From an uncultured Candidatus Saccharibacteria bacterium (GTDB taxonomy: Bacteria; Patescibacteriota; Minisyncoccia; Phycocordibacterales; JAKAEA01): a stretch of 40,574 nt of DNA. The number at the start of each line of letters is the position of its first letter. The stretch's first letter is position 1. The position numbers and the translations under genes are program-made. A model generated the notes under the pieces. It saw only the letters and a list, made by a program, of their open reading frames with translations. It had not been told where the DNA came from and did no database searches. The stretch is from positions 1 to 40,574 of the forward strand of contig CAYXSG010000002.1 of assembly GCA_964467325.1 (NCBI GenBank), given 5' to 3'. Below are positions 19,484 through 28,280 of the stretch, piece by piece.

Positions 19484-19711
19484 TTATTTTTCGCTCCGGC
19501 TGTAACAAATAACGACCAGCACAATCATGAGCAAAAAAGTCTGGATGATGAAAGGTCGAAGTGTGTCGCTATTGGAATGCGAGACTGCGTCAATCCGCAT
19601 GAAATTCCAAACTTCAATCGCGACAAATCCCACAATGATTGCCCACCCTTCCCAAGTCACCGGCCGCCACCCTAAGCCAAACCTTTTCTTTTTAAACCAG
19701 ATTTTTTTCAT
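19484..19711 (-). CDS. small membrane protein (75 aa)
   Basis: Two predicted TM helices. No family recognised. Confidence 0.45.
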   Translation of the reverse strand: MKKIWFKKKRFGLGWRPVTWEGWAIIVGFVAIEVWNFMRIDAVSHSNSDTLRPFIIQTFLLMIVLVVICYSRSEK

Positions 19712-19724
19712 ATAATTTTATTTG

Positions 19725-19811
19725 CGGAGACGATGGGATTCGAACCCATGAAGCCGGTTAAGGCTTACCTCGTTAGCAGTGAGGCGCTTTCGACCACTCA
19801 GCCACGTCTCC
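19725..19811 (-). tRNA. tRNA-Ser (anticodon GCU)
   Basis: Cloverleaf GGAGACG/CGTCTCC, anticodon loop CUGCUAA, a long variable arm (AAGCC...GGCTT), T-loop GGTTCGAATCC and discriminator G. CCA is not encoded. Confidence 0.9.
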
Positions 19812-19820
19812 AGAAACCCC

Positions 19821-19829
19821 AATTTATCA
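19821..19829 (-). promoter_or_regulatory. extended -10 promoter TGaTAAATT for tRNA-Ser
   Basis: Ends 9 nt before the mature tRNA 5' end. Confidence 0.4.
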
Positions 19830-19863
19830 CACAAAAAGCGCTTTTCAAAATGAAATTATTGTG

Positions 19864-19872
19864 TGATACAAT
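19864..19872 (+). promoter_or_regulatory. extended -10 (TGaTACAAT) 6 nt before cupin ATG 19879
   Basis: Leaderless geometry with no Shine-Dalgarno. Confidence 0.5.
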
Positions 19873-19878
19873 TGGTTT

Positions 19879-20274
19879 ATGCACGGCTACATTGCCAACA
19901 TTGAAAAATTGGCGCTAGAAAATGAAAATTTTCGGCGAGTGCTTTACACGGACAAAAATTGCCAGCTGGTTTTGATGTCGCTTTTACCGAAAGAAGAAAT
20001 TGGCGAAGAAGTGCACGACGTGGACCAGTTTTTGCGCGTGGAACAAGGTTCTGGCAAAGCGGTCTTAAATGGCGAGCCGAAAGAAATTGCTGACGGCAGC
20101 GTGATTGTTGTGCCGGCTGGAACCAAGCACAACATCATAAACACCAGCAAAACCGCCATGAAACTTTACACGCTCTACATGCCGCCTCACCACCGAGACG
20201 GCGTCGTTCATAAAACCAAAGAAGACGGCGAGACCGACGTGACCGATATTTTTGCGGGAAAAACTACAGAGTAA
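19879..20274 (+). CDS. cupin-domain protein
   Basis: 131 aa. EEVHDVDQFLRVEQGSGK...VPAGTKHNIIN resembles the two cupin motifs. Confidence 0.75.
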   Translation: MHGYIANIEKLALENENFRRVLYTDKNCQLVLMSLLPKEEIGEEVHDVDQFLRVEQGSGKAVLNGEPKEIADGSVIVVPAGTKHNIINTSKTAMKLYTLYMPPHHRDGVVHKTKEDGETDVTDIFAGKTTE

Positions 20275-20293
20275 ATAAGAACAGAAAATAAAA

Positions 20294-20431
20294 ATGCCGA
20301 AAAAAACTTTTATTGCCATAATCATTTTCATGCTCGTGCTCATCGCTGGCATTTGGCTTTGGAAGATAAATTCGGACGAAAATCAGCTGCCAAACTCCGC
20401 ACCGCTCGCTTCGCAAACGGCCGGTGTATAA
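20294..20431 (+). CDS. possible small membrane protein (45 aa)
   Basis: MPKKTFIAIIIFMLVLIAGIWLWK... has a single TM helix. It is below the track cutoff and has no clear RBS. Confidence 0.3.
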   Translation: MPKKTFIAIIIFMLVLIAGIWLWKINSDENQLPNSAPLASQTAGV

Positions 20432-20432
20432 T
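20427..20432 (+). promoter_or_regulatory. -10 box TATAAT 6 nt before recG ATG 20439
   Basis: A consensus hexamer in leaderless geometry. Confidence 0.45.
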
Positions 20433-20438
20433 GGCGCC

Positions 20439-22595
20439 ATGCGGCAGGATGACCTCATCGAAAATCATTTTCGACTTTTAGATATTCAGCGCGGTGCACT
20501 CAAAAAGCTTGGCTTAAAAACCATCGGCGATTTGCTGCGCCATTTTCCAAATCGCTACAGCGACGCTTCAGCCATAAAAAATATCAGCGATTTGGTGGCC
20601 GGCGAAAACGTTTCCATTTACGGCACGATTAGGAAAATGGAACTGACGAAAGGTTTCCGGAGCAAAATTCCGATGGCGAAAGCGATTATTGAAGACGGCT
20701 CTGGGACGCTCGCCGCCACTTGGTTTCACCAGCCATACATTGCGAAAATGCTGGCCGAAGGCACGCAGGCGAAATTTACCGGCAAAGTGACAGCTGGCAA
20801 GCGCGGACTTTATCTTTCCAATCCGGAATACGAACAAATTGAAAAAGCGCCGCTCGTCGCTGGCACCAATCTTTTCGGCGAGGCGGAAGCCGGCGCCAGC
20901 TTCCCAATTTATCCCGAAAGCTCGGGCGTGACGTCAAAATGGTTTTATCATGCACTCGCGAAGATTTTCAGCGCGGGCGTTTTGGAAGAAGTTGCCGATC
21001 CGATTCCCGAAGAAATTTTGAAAAAATATAATCTGCCAAGCCTGAAAACCGCGCTGGTTTGGATTCACACGCCGAAAAAAATCGCCGACGCACAAGCGGC
21101 GCGCAAACGTTTTGCTTTTGAAGAAGTATTTTTGATTCAGCTCCAAAAACAAAAATCTCGGCTGGAGCTCCAGAATAATCCGGCTTTTGCGATTGAAAAA
21201 TCCGACGCTGACATTGAAATGTTTACTGCGCGCTTCCATTTCGCGATGACCGATAGCCAGAAAAAATCCATCGCCGACATTTTGAGCGACATGAAATCGG
21301 GCCGGCCGATGTCGCGACTTTTGGAAGGCGACGTTGGCAGCGGCAAAACCGCCGTGGCCGCGACCACCGCTTTTGCCGTGTGCACTTCTCGGCCGCTCGG
21401 CCAAACTTTTGGCACACTCCAAACCGCTTACATGGCACCAACCGAAATTCTCGCAAACCAGCATTTTGAATCTTTTATAAAATTTTTCCGGCACGCCGGC
21501 TTGTCGGTCGGCCTGATTACCGGTAGCGGTTGCAAAAAATTTCCGTCAAAAGTCAATGTCGGCGGCTGGACGGACATTTCTCGCACCCAGCTTTTGAAAT
21601 GGGTGGCGAACGGCGAAATTCCAATTCTCTTCGGCACGCACGCGCTCATCGCCAAATCGGTAAAATTCAAACACCTTGCTTACGTAATTATTGACGAGCA
21701 ACACCGCTTCGGCGTTGGTCAAAGACAAAAGCTCGCACGCAAACAAGGCGACCAGCAAATTCCCCACCTACTTTCCATGACCGCCACGCCGATTCCTCGC
21801 ACACTAGCGCTTACTATTTACGGCGACTTGGATTTATCGCTTTTGGACCAGATGCCGGTAGGCCGAAAGCCAATCATTACGGAAATTGTAGCGCCGACCA
21901 AGCGTGCAGAAACCTACGAAAAAATCCGCGCGGAAATCCAAGCTGGCAGACAAGCATTCATCATTTGTCCGAGAATCGACGAGCCCGACCCAACTAAAGA
22001 ACAAGCGCTCAACGCCAAGTCAGTGAAAGAGGAAGCCAAGCGTTTGCAAAAAGAAATTTTTCCGGAATTCGACGTGGCGGTGCTGCACGGCAAAATGAAA
22101 CCGCAAGAAAAAGAAGATATCATGGCCGATTTCGCCGCCAACAAATTTCAAATTCTCGTCGCCACTTCGCTCGTGGAAGTTGGCGTTAACGTGCCGAATG
22201 CCACCGTGATTGTGATTGAAGGTGCCGAGCGTTTTGGTCTCGCTCAACTCCACCAGCTGCGCGGCCGAGTGATTCGCTCAAACCACCAAGCCTACTGTTT
22301 TGTTTTTTCCGAAAGCACTTCCACCAAATCAATGGAACGGCTCAAGGCCCTCAAAACTGCGAAGAATGGTTTTGAACTCGCTGAGTTTGACTTGCTCCAG
22401 CGCGGCGCCGGCGAACTTTCTGGCGGCAAACAATGGGGCTTGTCCGACCTTGCCATGGAAGCCTTGAAAAATTTAAAAATGGTGGAAGCCGCGCGCACCG
22501 AAGCGCGCGCCCTGATCTCTTCAGATCCCACCCTTGCCAATTATCCTGCCCTCCAAAAAACCCTCGCCTCGCAAAACGAGATTCATTTTGAATAA
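20439..22595 (+). CDS. recG: ATP-dependent DNA helicase RecG
   Basis: Wedge/OB N-terminus, Walker A GDVGSGKT, DEQHRFG and MTATPIPRT. The start is moved from the track's GTG 20424 to ATG 20439 because of the promoter geometry. Confidence 0.95.
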   Translation: MRQDDLIENHFRLLDIQRGALKKLGLKTIGDLLRHFPNRYSDASAIKNISDLVAGENVSIYGTIRKMELTKGFRSKIPMAKAIIEDGSGTLAATWFHQPYIAKMLAEGTQAKFTGKVTAGKRGLYLSNPEYEQIEKAPLVAGTNLFGEAEAGASFPIYPESSGVTSKWFYHALAKIFSAGVLEEVADPIPEEILKKYNLPSLKTALVWIHTPKKIADAQAARKRFAFEEVFLIQLQKQKSRLELQNNPAFAIEKSDADIEMFTARFHFAMTDSQKKSIADILSDMKSGRPMSRLLEGDVGSGKTAVAATTAFAVCTSRPLGQTFGTLQTAYMAPTEILANQHFESFIKFFRHAGLSVGLITGSGCKKFPSKVNVGGWTDISRTQLLKWVANGEIPILFGTHALIAKSVKFKHLAYVIIDEQHRFGVGQRQKLARKQGDQQIPHLLSMTATPIPRTLALTIYGDLDLSLLDQMPVGRKPIITEIVAPTKRAETYEKIRAEIQAGRQAFIICPRIDEPDPTKEQALNAKSVKEEAKRLQKEIFPEFDVAVLHGKMKPQEKEDIMADFAANKFQILVATSLVEVGVNVPNATVIVIEGAERFGLAQLHQLRGRVIRSNHQAYCFVFSESTSTKSMERLKALKTAKNGFELAEFDLLQRGAGELSGGKQWGLSDLAMEALKNLKMVEAARTEARALISSDPTLANYPALQKTLASQNEIHFE

Positions 22596-22599
22596 ATAA

Positions 22600-22627
22600 A
22601 ACCACCCCCTGAATCCAAGAGGTGGTT
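22600..22627. terminator. weak bidirectional hairpin between recG and the convergent orphan
   Basis: 7-bp stem AACCACC/GGTGGTT with a 14-nt loop and A/T flanks. Confidence 0.35.
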
Positions 22628-22632
22628 CAAAA

Positions 22633-23124
22633 TCAGTACGAACTGTTCCGCACACGCTGAGTTTCAATGACGTGATCCGGCATTTTCAACAACCTGCGAG
22701 CCCGATGTATCCCCAGATCTCGTTTTGTAATACGACAATCATGTTCCATCCGGCTAAACGCATCAGCACTAACCTCTGTGAGATTGGAGACCTTAAGATT
22801 GTTTGCGATCAAGTCGCGACAACTTCTGCACAACCTAATAGTTGTAGTCTGCCCCAACGCTGCATAATGGTTACCATGACCACAGCAGACACTAGTATCG
22901 TCAAAGAAAACTACATGGGAAAAACTTTCGGCTGGACCTAAGTTGCCACACTCCTGGCACCACACCCTGCCAGCCAAACGCTCCTTGAAGAGACACTCCC
23001 AGGCATCAGAAAGTTCTCGATTAAAATCAATCTGCCTGAGCTCAATATAGCTCTTGTATTGACCCAGAAGAAGATTGAATCGTTCTTCGACATCAACTTC
23101 GGATACTGGTTTTTGCTCTACCAT
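22633..23124 (-). CDS. hypothetical Cys-rich protein (163 aa)
   Basis: GAGGAG (23132-23137) sits 7 nt upstream. WCQEC...CCGHGNH...CRSC suggests a zinc-binding fold. No family recognised. Confidence 0.6.
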   Translation of the reverse strand: MVEQKPVSEVDVEERFNLLLGQYKSYIELRQIDFNRELSDAWECLFKERLAGRVWCQECGNLGPAESFSHVVFFDDTSVCCGHGNHYAALGQTTTIRLCRSCRDLIANNLKVSNLTEVSADAFSRMEHDCRITKRDLGIHRARRLLKMPDHVIETQRVRNSSY

Positions 23125-23243
23125 TGTTCTACTCCTCGTGTAAGTGTGAAAAGAACCCCTGAAAAAACTGGTGGCAGTGTACGCCTTATCCCGCAGTCTT
23201 GCAACCGAATGGACAACGCGCCAGTTTTGAATAATTAGTTTTT

Positions 23244-23252
23244 TGCTATACT
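23244..23252 (+). promoter_or_regulatory. extended -10 promoter TGcTATACT for tRNA-Ile
   Basis: Ends 14 nt before the tRNA 5' end. Confidence 0.5.
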
Positions 23253-23266
23253 ATTGACCAAGTTAG

Positions 23267-23339
23267 GCACGTGTAGCTCAGTTGGTAGAGCAGGCGTCTT
23301 ATACACGCCCGGTCCTAGGTTCGAATCCTAGCACGTGCA
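23267..23339 (+). tRNA. tRNA-Ile (anticodon UAU)
   Basis: Acceptor GCACGTG/CACGTGC, D arm GCTC-AGTTGGTA-GAGC, anticodon stem GGCGT/ACGCC with loop CTTATAC, T arm CTAGG-TTCGAAT-CCTAG and discriminator A, followed by CC. Confidence 0.85.
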
Positions 23340-23342
23340 CCT

Positions 23343-25271
23343 TTAGGCTTGGTGCTCGATATCTTTTTTTCTTTTTGGTGTGATGCCGTTGGCGATGAGA
23401 ATTTGTTCAAACTCTTCCCTTTCAATAGTTTCTGTTTCAATTAAGCGCTTGGAAATAATGTCGAGGAGCGCTCGGTGTTTGCCAATTATATCTTCCGCTT
23501 TGGCGTGCGCTTCAGACATAATACGCGAAACTTCCCCGTCAATTTCGCCAGATACTTTTTCGGAATATTCATTATCGCCAACGCCGCGACCGAAAAGCGC
23601 GCGGCCACCTTCGCCTTCGAGCGCCACCGGTCCCATTTTTTCGGACATGCCGAAGCGGGTAACCATGTCGCGCGCGAGCGCGGTGGACACCTGCAAATCG
23701 TTTGAAGGGCCGGTCGTCAAGTCATTGAAGACCAATTTTTCCGTCACGTAGCCGCCGAGCGAAACCGCAATGTCATCCAAAAATTCTTTTCTGGATTGAA
23801 GCTTTCTGTCTTCCACCGGCAGTTTCAAAGTGTAGCCCGCCGCGCGACCGCGAGAAATGATGGAAATTTTGTGCACCGGATCGGCATACTGAAGCACGGA
23901 AGCCACGAGCGCGTGACCGGCTTCATGGTACGCAGTGATTTCTTTTTCTTTAGTATTCAGAATGTGACTCTTGCGTTCCGGTCCGAGCATGACCTTTTCG
24001 ATGGAACGAATCAAATCGTATTGGGAAATTTTCGTGCGGTTTTCGCGCGCGGCGAGAATTGCGCTTTCATTCATGAGCGAATACAAATCGGCGCCCGAAA
24101 AGCCTGGCGTGCGTTCGGCAATCACTTCCAAATTCACATCTTCAGCAAAAGGCTTTTGCCGAGCGTGAATTTTTAAAATTTCCAAGCGGTCGTGTCGGTC
24201 TGGCGGATCAATCGTTACGCGTCGGTCAAAACGGCCCGGACGAAGAAGCGCCGGATCCAAAACGTCTGGTCGGTTCGTCGCCGCCATGACAATCACTTTT
24301 TCGTTTGGCTCGAAGCCGTCCATTTCCACAAGAATTTGATTTAAAGTTTGTTCGCGCTCGTCGTTGCCGCCACCGACGCCGCCGCCACGCACGCGGCCAA
24401 CCGCATCAATTTCATCAACGAAAATAATGGCCGGCGCTGCTTGCTTGGCGAGCTTGAACAAATCCCGGACGCGAGATGCGCCAACGCCCACGAACATTTC
24501 CACGAATTCCGAACCGGAAATGGAAAAGAACGCCACTTGTGCTTCGCCGGCGACCGCGCGCGCGAGTAAAGTTTTGCCGGTGCCGGGCGCGCCCATGAGT
24601 AAAATGCCTTTTGGAATTCTTGCGCCAATGTCTAAAAATTTTCTCGGATTTTTCAAGAAGTCCACAATTTCCACCAGCTCTTCTTTCGCTTCTTTCGCGC
24701 CAGCCACATCTTTGAAAGTCACGCGCTGCTTTTTATCGTCAGCCGGAATGAGTCGTGCTTTGGATTGGCCGAAGGTGAAAGCCTGCATGCCCGCGCCACG
24801 CACTTGACGCGTAATGAACCACGCAATAATGATGACCATGAGAAGCGGAATGAAGTACGGCAAAATATTATCCACGATGTACGTGAAGCTGCTTGGATTT
24901 TCAACCGTGATAGTGACCTTGTCAAAAACCTCTGGCTTCACGCCGTAGTTCACCAAAGTCTGCGTGAGCGGCGTGCCTTCTTCTTTCTTTGATTTTTTAA
25001 TCAGCTTATTGTCATTGTCATAATGCACTTCCAAATCGTCGCCGGAAACCAGCACTTGCGTCACCTTACCCGCAGAGATATCGCCCGCGAGTTGCGAAAT
25101 GGAAATATCTTCAATCTTCGTCCTATTTTGAACAACGAGCGAGTAGAGAAAAACTACCATGAGCAAAATGAACACGCCCATCAGGAAATTTTTCACAAAC
25201 TGGCTGCCGCCAGACGGCTGCGGCGTATTCGCTCCGGAGCGCTTCTTTTTTGGACTTTTTCCAGATTCCAT
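23343..25271 (-). CDS. ftsH: ATP-dependent zinc metalloprotease FtsH
   Basis: 642 aa with Walker A GAPGTGKT, the AAA second region of homology and the zinc motif HEAGHAL. Confidence 0.97.
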   Translation of the reverse strand: MESGKSPKKKRSGANTPQPSGGSQFVKNFLMGVFILLMVVFLYSLVVQNRTKIEDISISQLAGDISAGKVTQVLVSGDDLEVHYDNDNKLIKKSKKEEGTPLTQTLVNYGVKPEVFDKVTITVENPSSFTYIVDNILPYFIPLLMVIIIAWFITRQVRGAGMQAFTFGQSKARLIPADDKKQRVTFKDVAGAKEAKEELVEIVDFLKNPRKFLDIGARIPKGILLMGAPGTGKTLLARAVAGEAQVAFFSISGSEFVEMFVGVGASRVRDLFKLAKQAAPAIIFVDEIDAVGRVRGGGVGGGNDEREQTLNQILVEMDGFEPNEKVIVMAATNRPDVLDPALLRPGRFDRRVTIDPPDRHDRLEILKIHARQKPFAEDVNLEVIAERTPGFSGADLYSLMNESAILAARENRTKISQYDLIRSIEKVMLGPERKSHILNTKEKEITAYHEAGHALVASVLQYADPVHKISIISRGRAAGYTLKLPVEDRKLQSRKEFLDDIAVSLGGYVTEKLVFNDLTTGPSNDLQVSTALARDMVTRFGMSEKMGPVALEGEGGRALFGRGVGDNEYSEKVSGEIDGEVSRIMSEAHAKAEDIIGKHRALLDIISKRLIETETIEREEFEQILIANGITPKRKKDIEHQA

Positions 25272-25279
25272 AGGACGTT

Positions 25280-25287
25280 ATTATACA
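25280..25287 (-). promoter_or_regulatory. -10 box TGTATAAT 8 nt before ftsH ATG 25271
   Basis: A consensus TATAAT giving a leaderless or near-leaderless transcript. Confidence 0.4.
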
Positions 25288-25302
25288 TTATTTTCTCACA
25301 TT

Positions 25303-25311
25303 TGCTATCAT
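25303..25311 (+). promoter_or_regulatory. extended -10 (TGcTATCAT) 6 nt before smpB ATG 25318
   Basis: Leaderless geometry with no Shine-Dalgarno. Confidence 0.5.
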
Positions 25312-25317
25312 GGCTAT

Positions 25318-25758
25318 ATGAGCGCGTTAATTCAAAATCGTAAAGTTTCTTTCAACTACGAAATCTTGGAGCGTTTTACCGCTGGCATAGAATTGCTCGG
25401 TCACGAAGTGAAAGCGGTCAGACACGGCCAAGGCGCCATCGATGGCGCCTTTGTGACCGTGCGCGGTGGCGAAGCGTTCGTCACCGGTATGACTATTCCG
25501 CCATATCAGCCGAACAATACGCCGAAAGATTACGACCCAATGCGGCCAAGAAAACTCCTTCTGACTAAAAAAGAAATCGAACAGCTCGCCAACATCGAAA
25601 AAGGATTGACAATTGTGCCAATTTCAGTGTATAATTCAAAGCGCAAAATCAAAGTTGAGATTGCATCGGTGCGCGGCAAGAGAAAGTTTGACAAGCGCGA
25701 GACAATTAAGAAGCGTGATGTTGAACGAGACTTGAGCCGGACGTATCGTGATCGTTGA
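25318..25758 (+). CDS. smpB: SsrA-binding protein SmpB
   Basis: MSALIQNRKVSFNYEILERFTAGIELLGHEVKAV... is typical of SmpB. The 53 upstream residues in the track ORF are non-homologous, and ssrA follows directly. Confidence 0.93.
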   Translation: MSALIQNRKVSFNYEILERFTAGIELLGHEVKAVRHGQGAIDGAFVTVRGGEAFVTGMTIPPYQPNNTPKDYDPMRPRKLLLTKKEIEQLANIEKGLTIVPISVYNSKRKIKVEIASVRGKRKFDKRETIKKRDVERDLSRTYRDR

Positions 25759-25769
25759 AATTTTAATAC

Positions 25770-26180
25770 GGGGATGATCGGCCTAGACAGGAGTTCATCT
25801 TTTAGCTGTGCAAAGCGGAGCACCATTAACTCCTAAATCTGATGGAAACTTAAGTGCAACCAAAACTGCACGCGCTAAAGTTTCTCCATTCTTCGGAATG
25901 AAGGACTTTGCGTTCGCCTACGTTCCAGCGTAAGCCGGACCTAGACGACATTCTTCGCGCGCTCGCCCGACTCGCGCGTCTGAGTGTAATATCGTCGGAC
26001 TAGATTGCGAAACGGCACTGATTCGCTTTCGAAACAAAAGTGCTCGGTGATTTGGGATTCTGTTCGTCCCATACCCATTTCATTTAAATCTGTTTAATAA
26101 ACAGGAGAGACATTCTAAGCTTTGTAGATTCATCTAAAATTTTCTCTTGCACCGCGGTTCAATTCCGCGCATCTCCACCA
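25770..26180 (+). ncRNA. ssrA: transfer-messenger RNA (tmRNA)
   Basis: 5' GGGGATGATCGGCCTAGACAGG and 3' CGCGGTTCAATTCCGCGCATCTCCACCA. The acceptor stem has the G3:U70 pair, the T arm is present, CCA is encoded, and the gene is adjacent to smpB. Confidence 0.9.
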
Positions 26181-26187
26181 GTAAAGC

Positions 26188-26213
26188 AAAAAGCCGTCCA
26201 CAAACGGCTTTTT
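26188..26213 (+). terminator. rho-independent terminator of ssrA
   Basis: Stem AAAAAGCCGT/ACGGCTTTTT with a 6-nt loop. Confidence 0.8.
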
Positions 26214-26278
26214 ACTTGGTCATTTTCAGGAGTTCTAACTTCATTTATTAGAACAAAAAAATGAGGAGCAGTTGCCCC

Positions 26279-26865
26279 TCATTGGTTAGATTTGGTTTTC
26301 CTTTCTCGAAACCGCTTATCTAACGCACGAATTCTATCAAGAGAATCTCGATACGCCGCAAAACGGACAACGTCATGCCTTTCTCCCCCAAAGAAACGAT
26401 GACCTTTAAACACACCCTCCTCTTTTAGACCAGCAGTTCTCATCATCGACAACGATGGGTCGTTGTAGCCGAACGCTTCGTAGTAAATCTTGTAGAGAGC
26501 GGGAAAAAATCAAAAAGATAGCACGTAAGGATGATGCTTGCCTCTGGTCCATAACCCATTTTTCTGAAAGGAGAATCCACGAAAGTGTTCATGAATACAA
26601 AACCGTCTGTTAAGTTGAAACTGAAAGTATAGATTGTACCCACAGGCCCAGACTCAACATTTTGCCTTTCAATCATGAACTGCATGTGCCGATCACCTTC
26701 AAACGCCCTCTTCTGTTCGTTGAGGAATTGATCATAATTAACCACCATCCGTTTTGGAGAAACCATCTTGAGGTAATCATGATCGTTGCGCCACCTGTAC
26801 AAAAGAGGTTTATCAGCTTCACTTATAGGCCGAAGCTTTAGCCGTGACGAAGAAAGAGTTTCCAT
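26279..26865 (-). pseudogene. GNAT (RimJ/RimL-like) N-acetyltransferase interrupted by a -1 frameshift
   Basis: ORF1 (26443-26865) carries motif A RKMGYG. The -1 frame continues as LYKIYYEAFGYNDPSLSMMRTAGLKEEGVFKGHRFFGGERHDVV... to the TGA at 26279-26281. The switch is at the T6C3 run (26501-26509). AGGAG RBS at 26873-26877. Confidence 0.7.
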
Positions 26866-26929
26866 TCAAATACTCCTGTTCTTGTTGTGAAAGAAACAAA
26901 ATGATACTATATGTAAATTATAATATATA

Positions 26930-26938
26930 TGATAATGT
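26930..26938 (+). promoter_or_regulatory. extended -10 (TGaTAATGT) 6 nt before ATG 26945
   Basis: Leaderless geometry, but the AT-rich context lowers the specificity of this call. Confidence 0.35.
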
Positions 26939-26944
26939 GTCAAT

Positions 26945-28216
26945 ATGAGTAACCTTGATCAGTTTGGCGTAACTTTTTCTAGATTAAAACTGTATAATAA
27001 TATTTCAGCTTTCCTTTTCAAAAGGACAGGAATGCCTATATCTATTCGAGTTATATTTTTTGCCGGTTCTCGTTTTGATGAAATACCAGGAACAGCTCAC
27101 TTCCTTGAACATATGCTAGTGTCTGGAAGTAGAAAGTTTCCAACAAAAAACAAACTCTCTGCTTACGTTGAGTCCACAGGTGGATCTATCGGCGCATCTA
27201 CAGATAATTATTCTATAAAGTTAGATTTAATTATTCCAAAAAAAGATGATTTAAAAATTGGGTTGGAAGCACTTAAGGAATCACTTTTTTACCCATTATT
27301 CGAACAAACTACTATAGAATTAGAAAGATCAGCAATTTTAACCGAGATAGAAAAAAGGAGACAAAATCCTCAGGTACATCTGTGGGATATGTACCGAGAA
27401 TTATTTTTTCAAAAAACAACGTCAGCACACTCTGTTGTTGGAGATAAAATATCAGTTTCAAAAATAACAAAGAAAGATCTTTTGGATTTTAAGGATAAAT
27501 TTATAAGACCCGAAAGAATGTGCATAATAATGAGTGGTGATATAGACCCAAACGAAGCCGAATCATATTTAAATGAATACTTACCTTATGAAAAGGTTAA
27601 CGGTATACTAGATGAGTTACCATTATTACCATCCACATACGATACAAAAATATTAGCCGAAAATTTTAATGACAATAAGCAAAATTATATAACCATAGGT
27701 TTCAGAACCTGTTCTTCTAAGGATAAAGATTCAGCTGTTCTTGAAATAATTGCTTCGATCATGGGGAACGGAAGATCATCGAGACTTGTGAATGAATTAA
27801 GATACAAAAACGGTCTCATATACGACGTTTCATGTTCAAATAATTATCTTCCAGATACGGGAACACTTACTGTTTCAACATCTTGCTCTGAAACTAACAT
27901 CGAAAAAGTTATAGAAATAATCATTGGTGAATTTGAAAAAATAAAAAATGAACCCATAAATTCTTCTGAACTTGAATCGTCAAAATCTAAGCTAATTAAA
28001 TCTCAATATATCAAGATGCAAACAAGTCAATCATGGGTTCAAGTTCATGATAAGGAATTGCTTTTCAATACCAACAAACCTAAACTCATCACCGATTATA
28101 TAAACGAAATTGAGTCCGTCGATGTATCTGACATTTCTTCAGTGGCAAAAAAGTATTTTAATAAAAACCAGATTCTTTTAGCTATGTATGGTTTTGATAA
28201 AAAACCAGCAATATAA
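26945..28216 (+). CDS. M16-family (pitrilysin/insulinase-like) zinc peptidase
   Basis: 423 aa with the inverted zinc motif HFLEH near the N-terminus. The gene is strongly AT-rich. Confidence 0.85.
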   Translation: MSNLDQFGVTFSRLKLYNNISAFLFKRTGMPISIRVIFFAGSRFDEIPGTAHFLEHMLVSGSRKFPTKNKLSAYVESTGGSIGASTDNYSIKLDLIIPKKDDLKIGLEALKESLFYPLFEQTTIELERSAILTEIEKRRQNPQVHLWDMYRELFFQKTTSAHSVVGDKISVSKITKKDLLDFKDKFIRPERMCIIMSGDIDPNEAESYLNEYLPYEKVNGILDELPLLPSTYDTKILAENFNDNKQNYITIGFRTCSSKDKDSAVLEIIASIMGNGRSSRLVNELRYKNGLIYDVSCSNNYLPDTGTLTVSTSCSETNIEKVIEIIIGEFEKIKNEPINSSELESSKSKLIKSQYIKMQTSQSWVQVHDKELLFNTNKPKLITDYINEIESVDVSDISSVAKKYFNKNQILLAMYGFDKKPAI

Positions 28217-28217
28217 A

Positions 28218-28252
28218 AACCTCTATCCAACATTCGTTGTAGGATAAAGGTT
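28218..28252. terminator. bidirectional terminator between the M16 gene and the small acidic ORF
   Basis: Stem AACCTCTATCC/GGATAAAGGTT (10 of 11 bp). On the minus strand it is followed by TTTTTATATT. Confidence 0.55.
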
Positions 28253-28280
28253 TGTAAGGATGACATCGACACGGTCGAAT

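Noticed and set aside
20934-21494. 186-aa minus-strand ORF inside recG
   Set aside because: It is antisense to the conserved helicase motifs, so it is a shadow ORF.
25756-25758. Possible UGA recoding (code 4 or 25), as seen in some candidate phyla
   Set aside because: TGA terminates smpB, comF, ndk, rplO and the MBL gene at lengths matching their families. No conserved gene needs read-through of an in-frame TGA.
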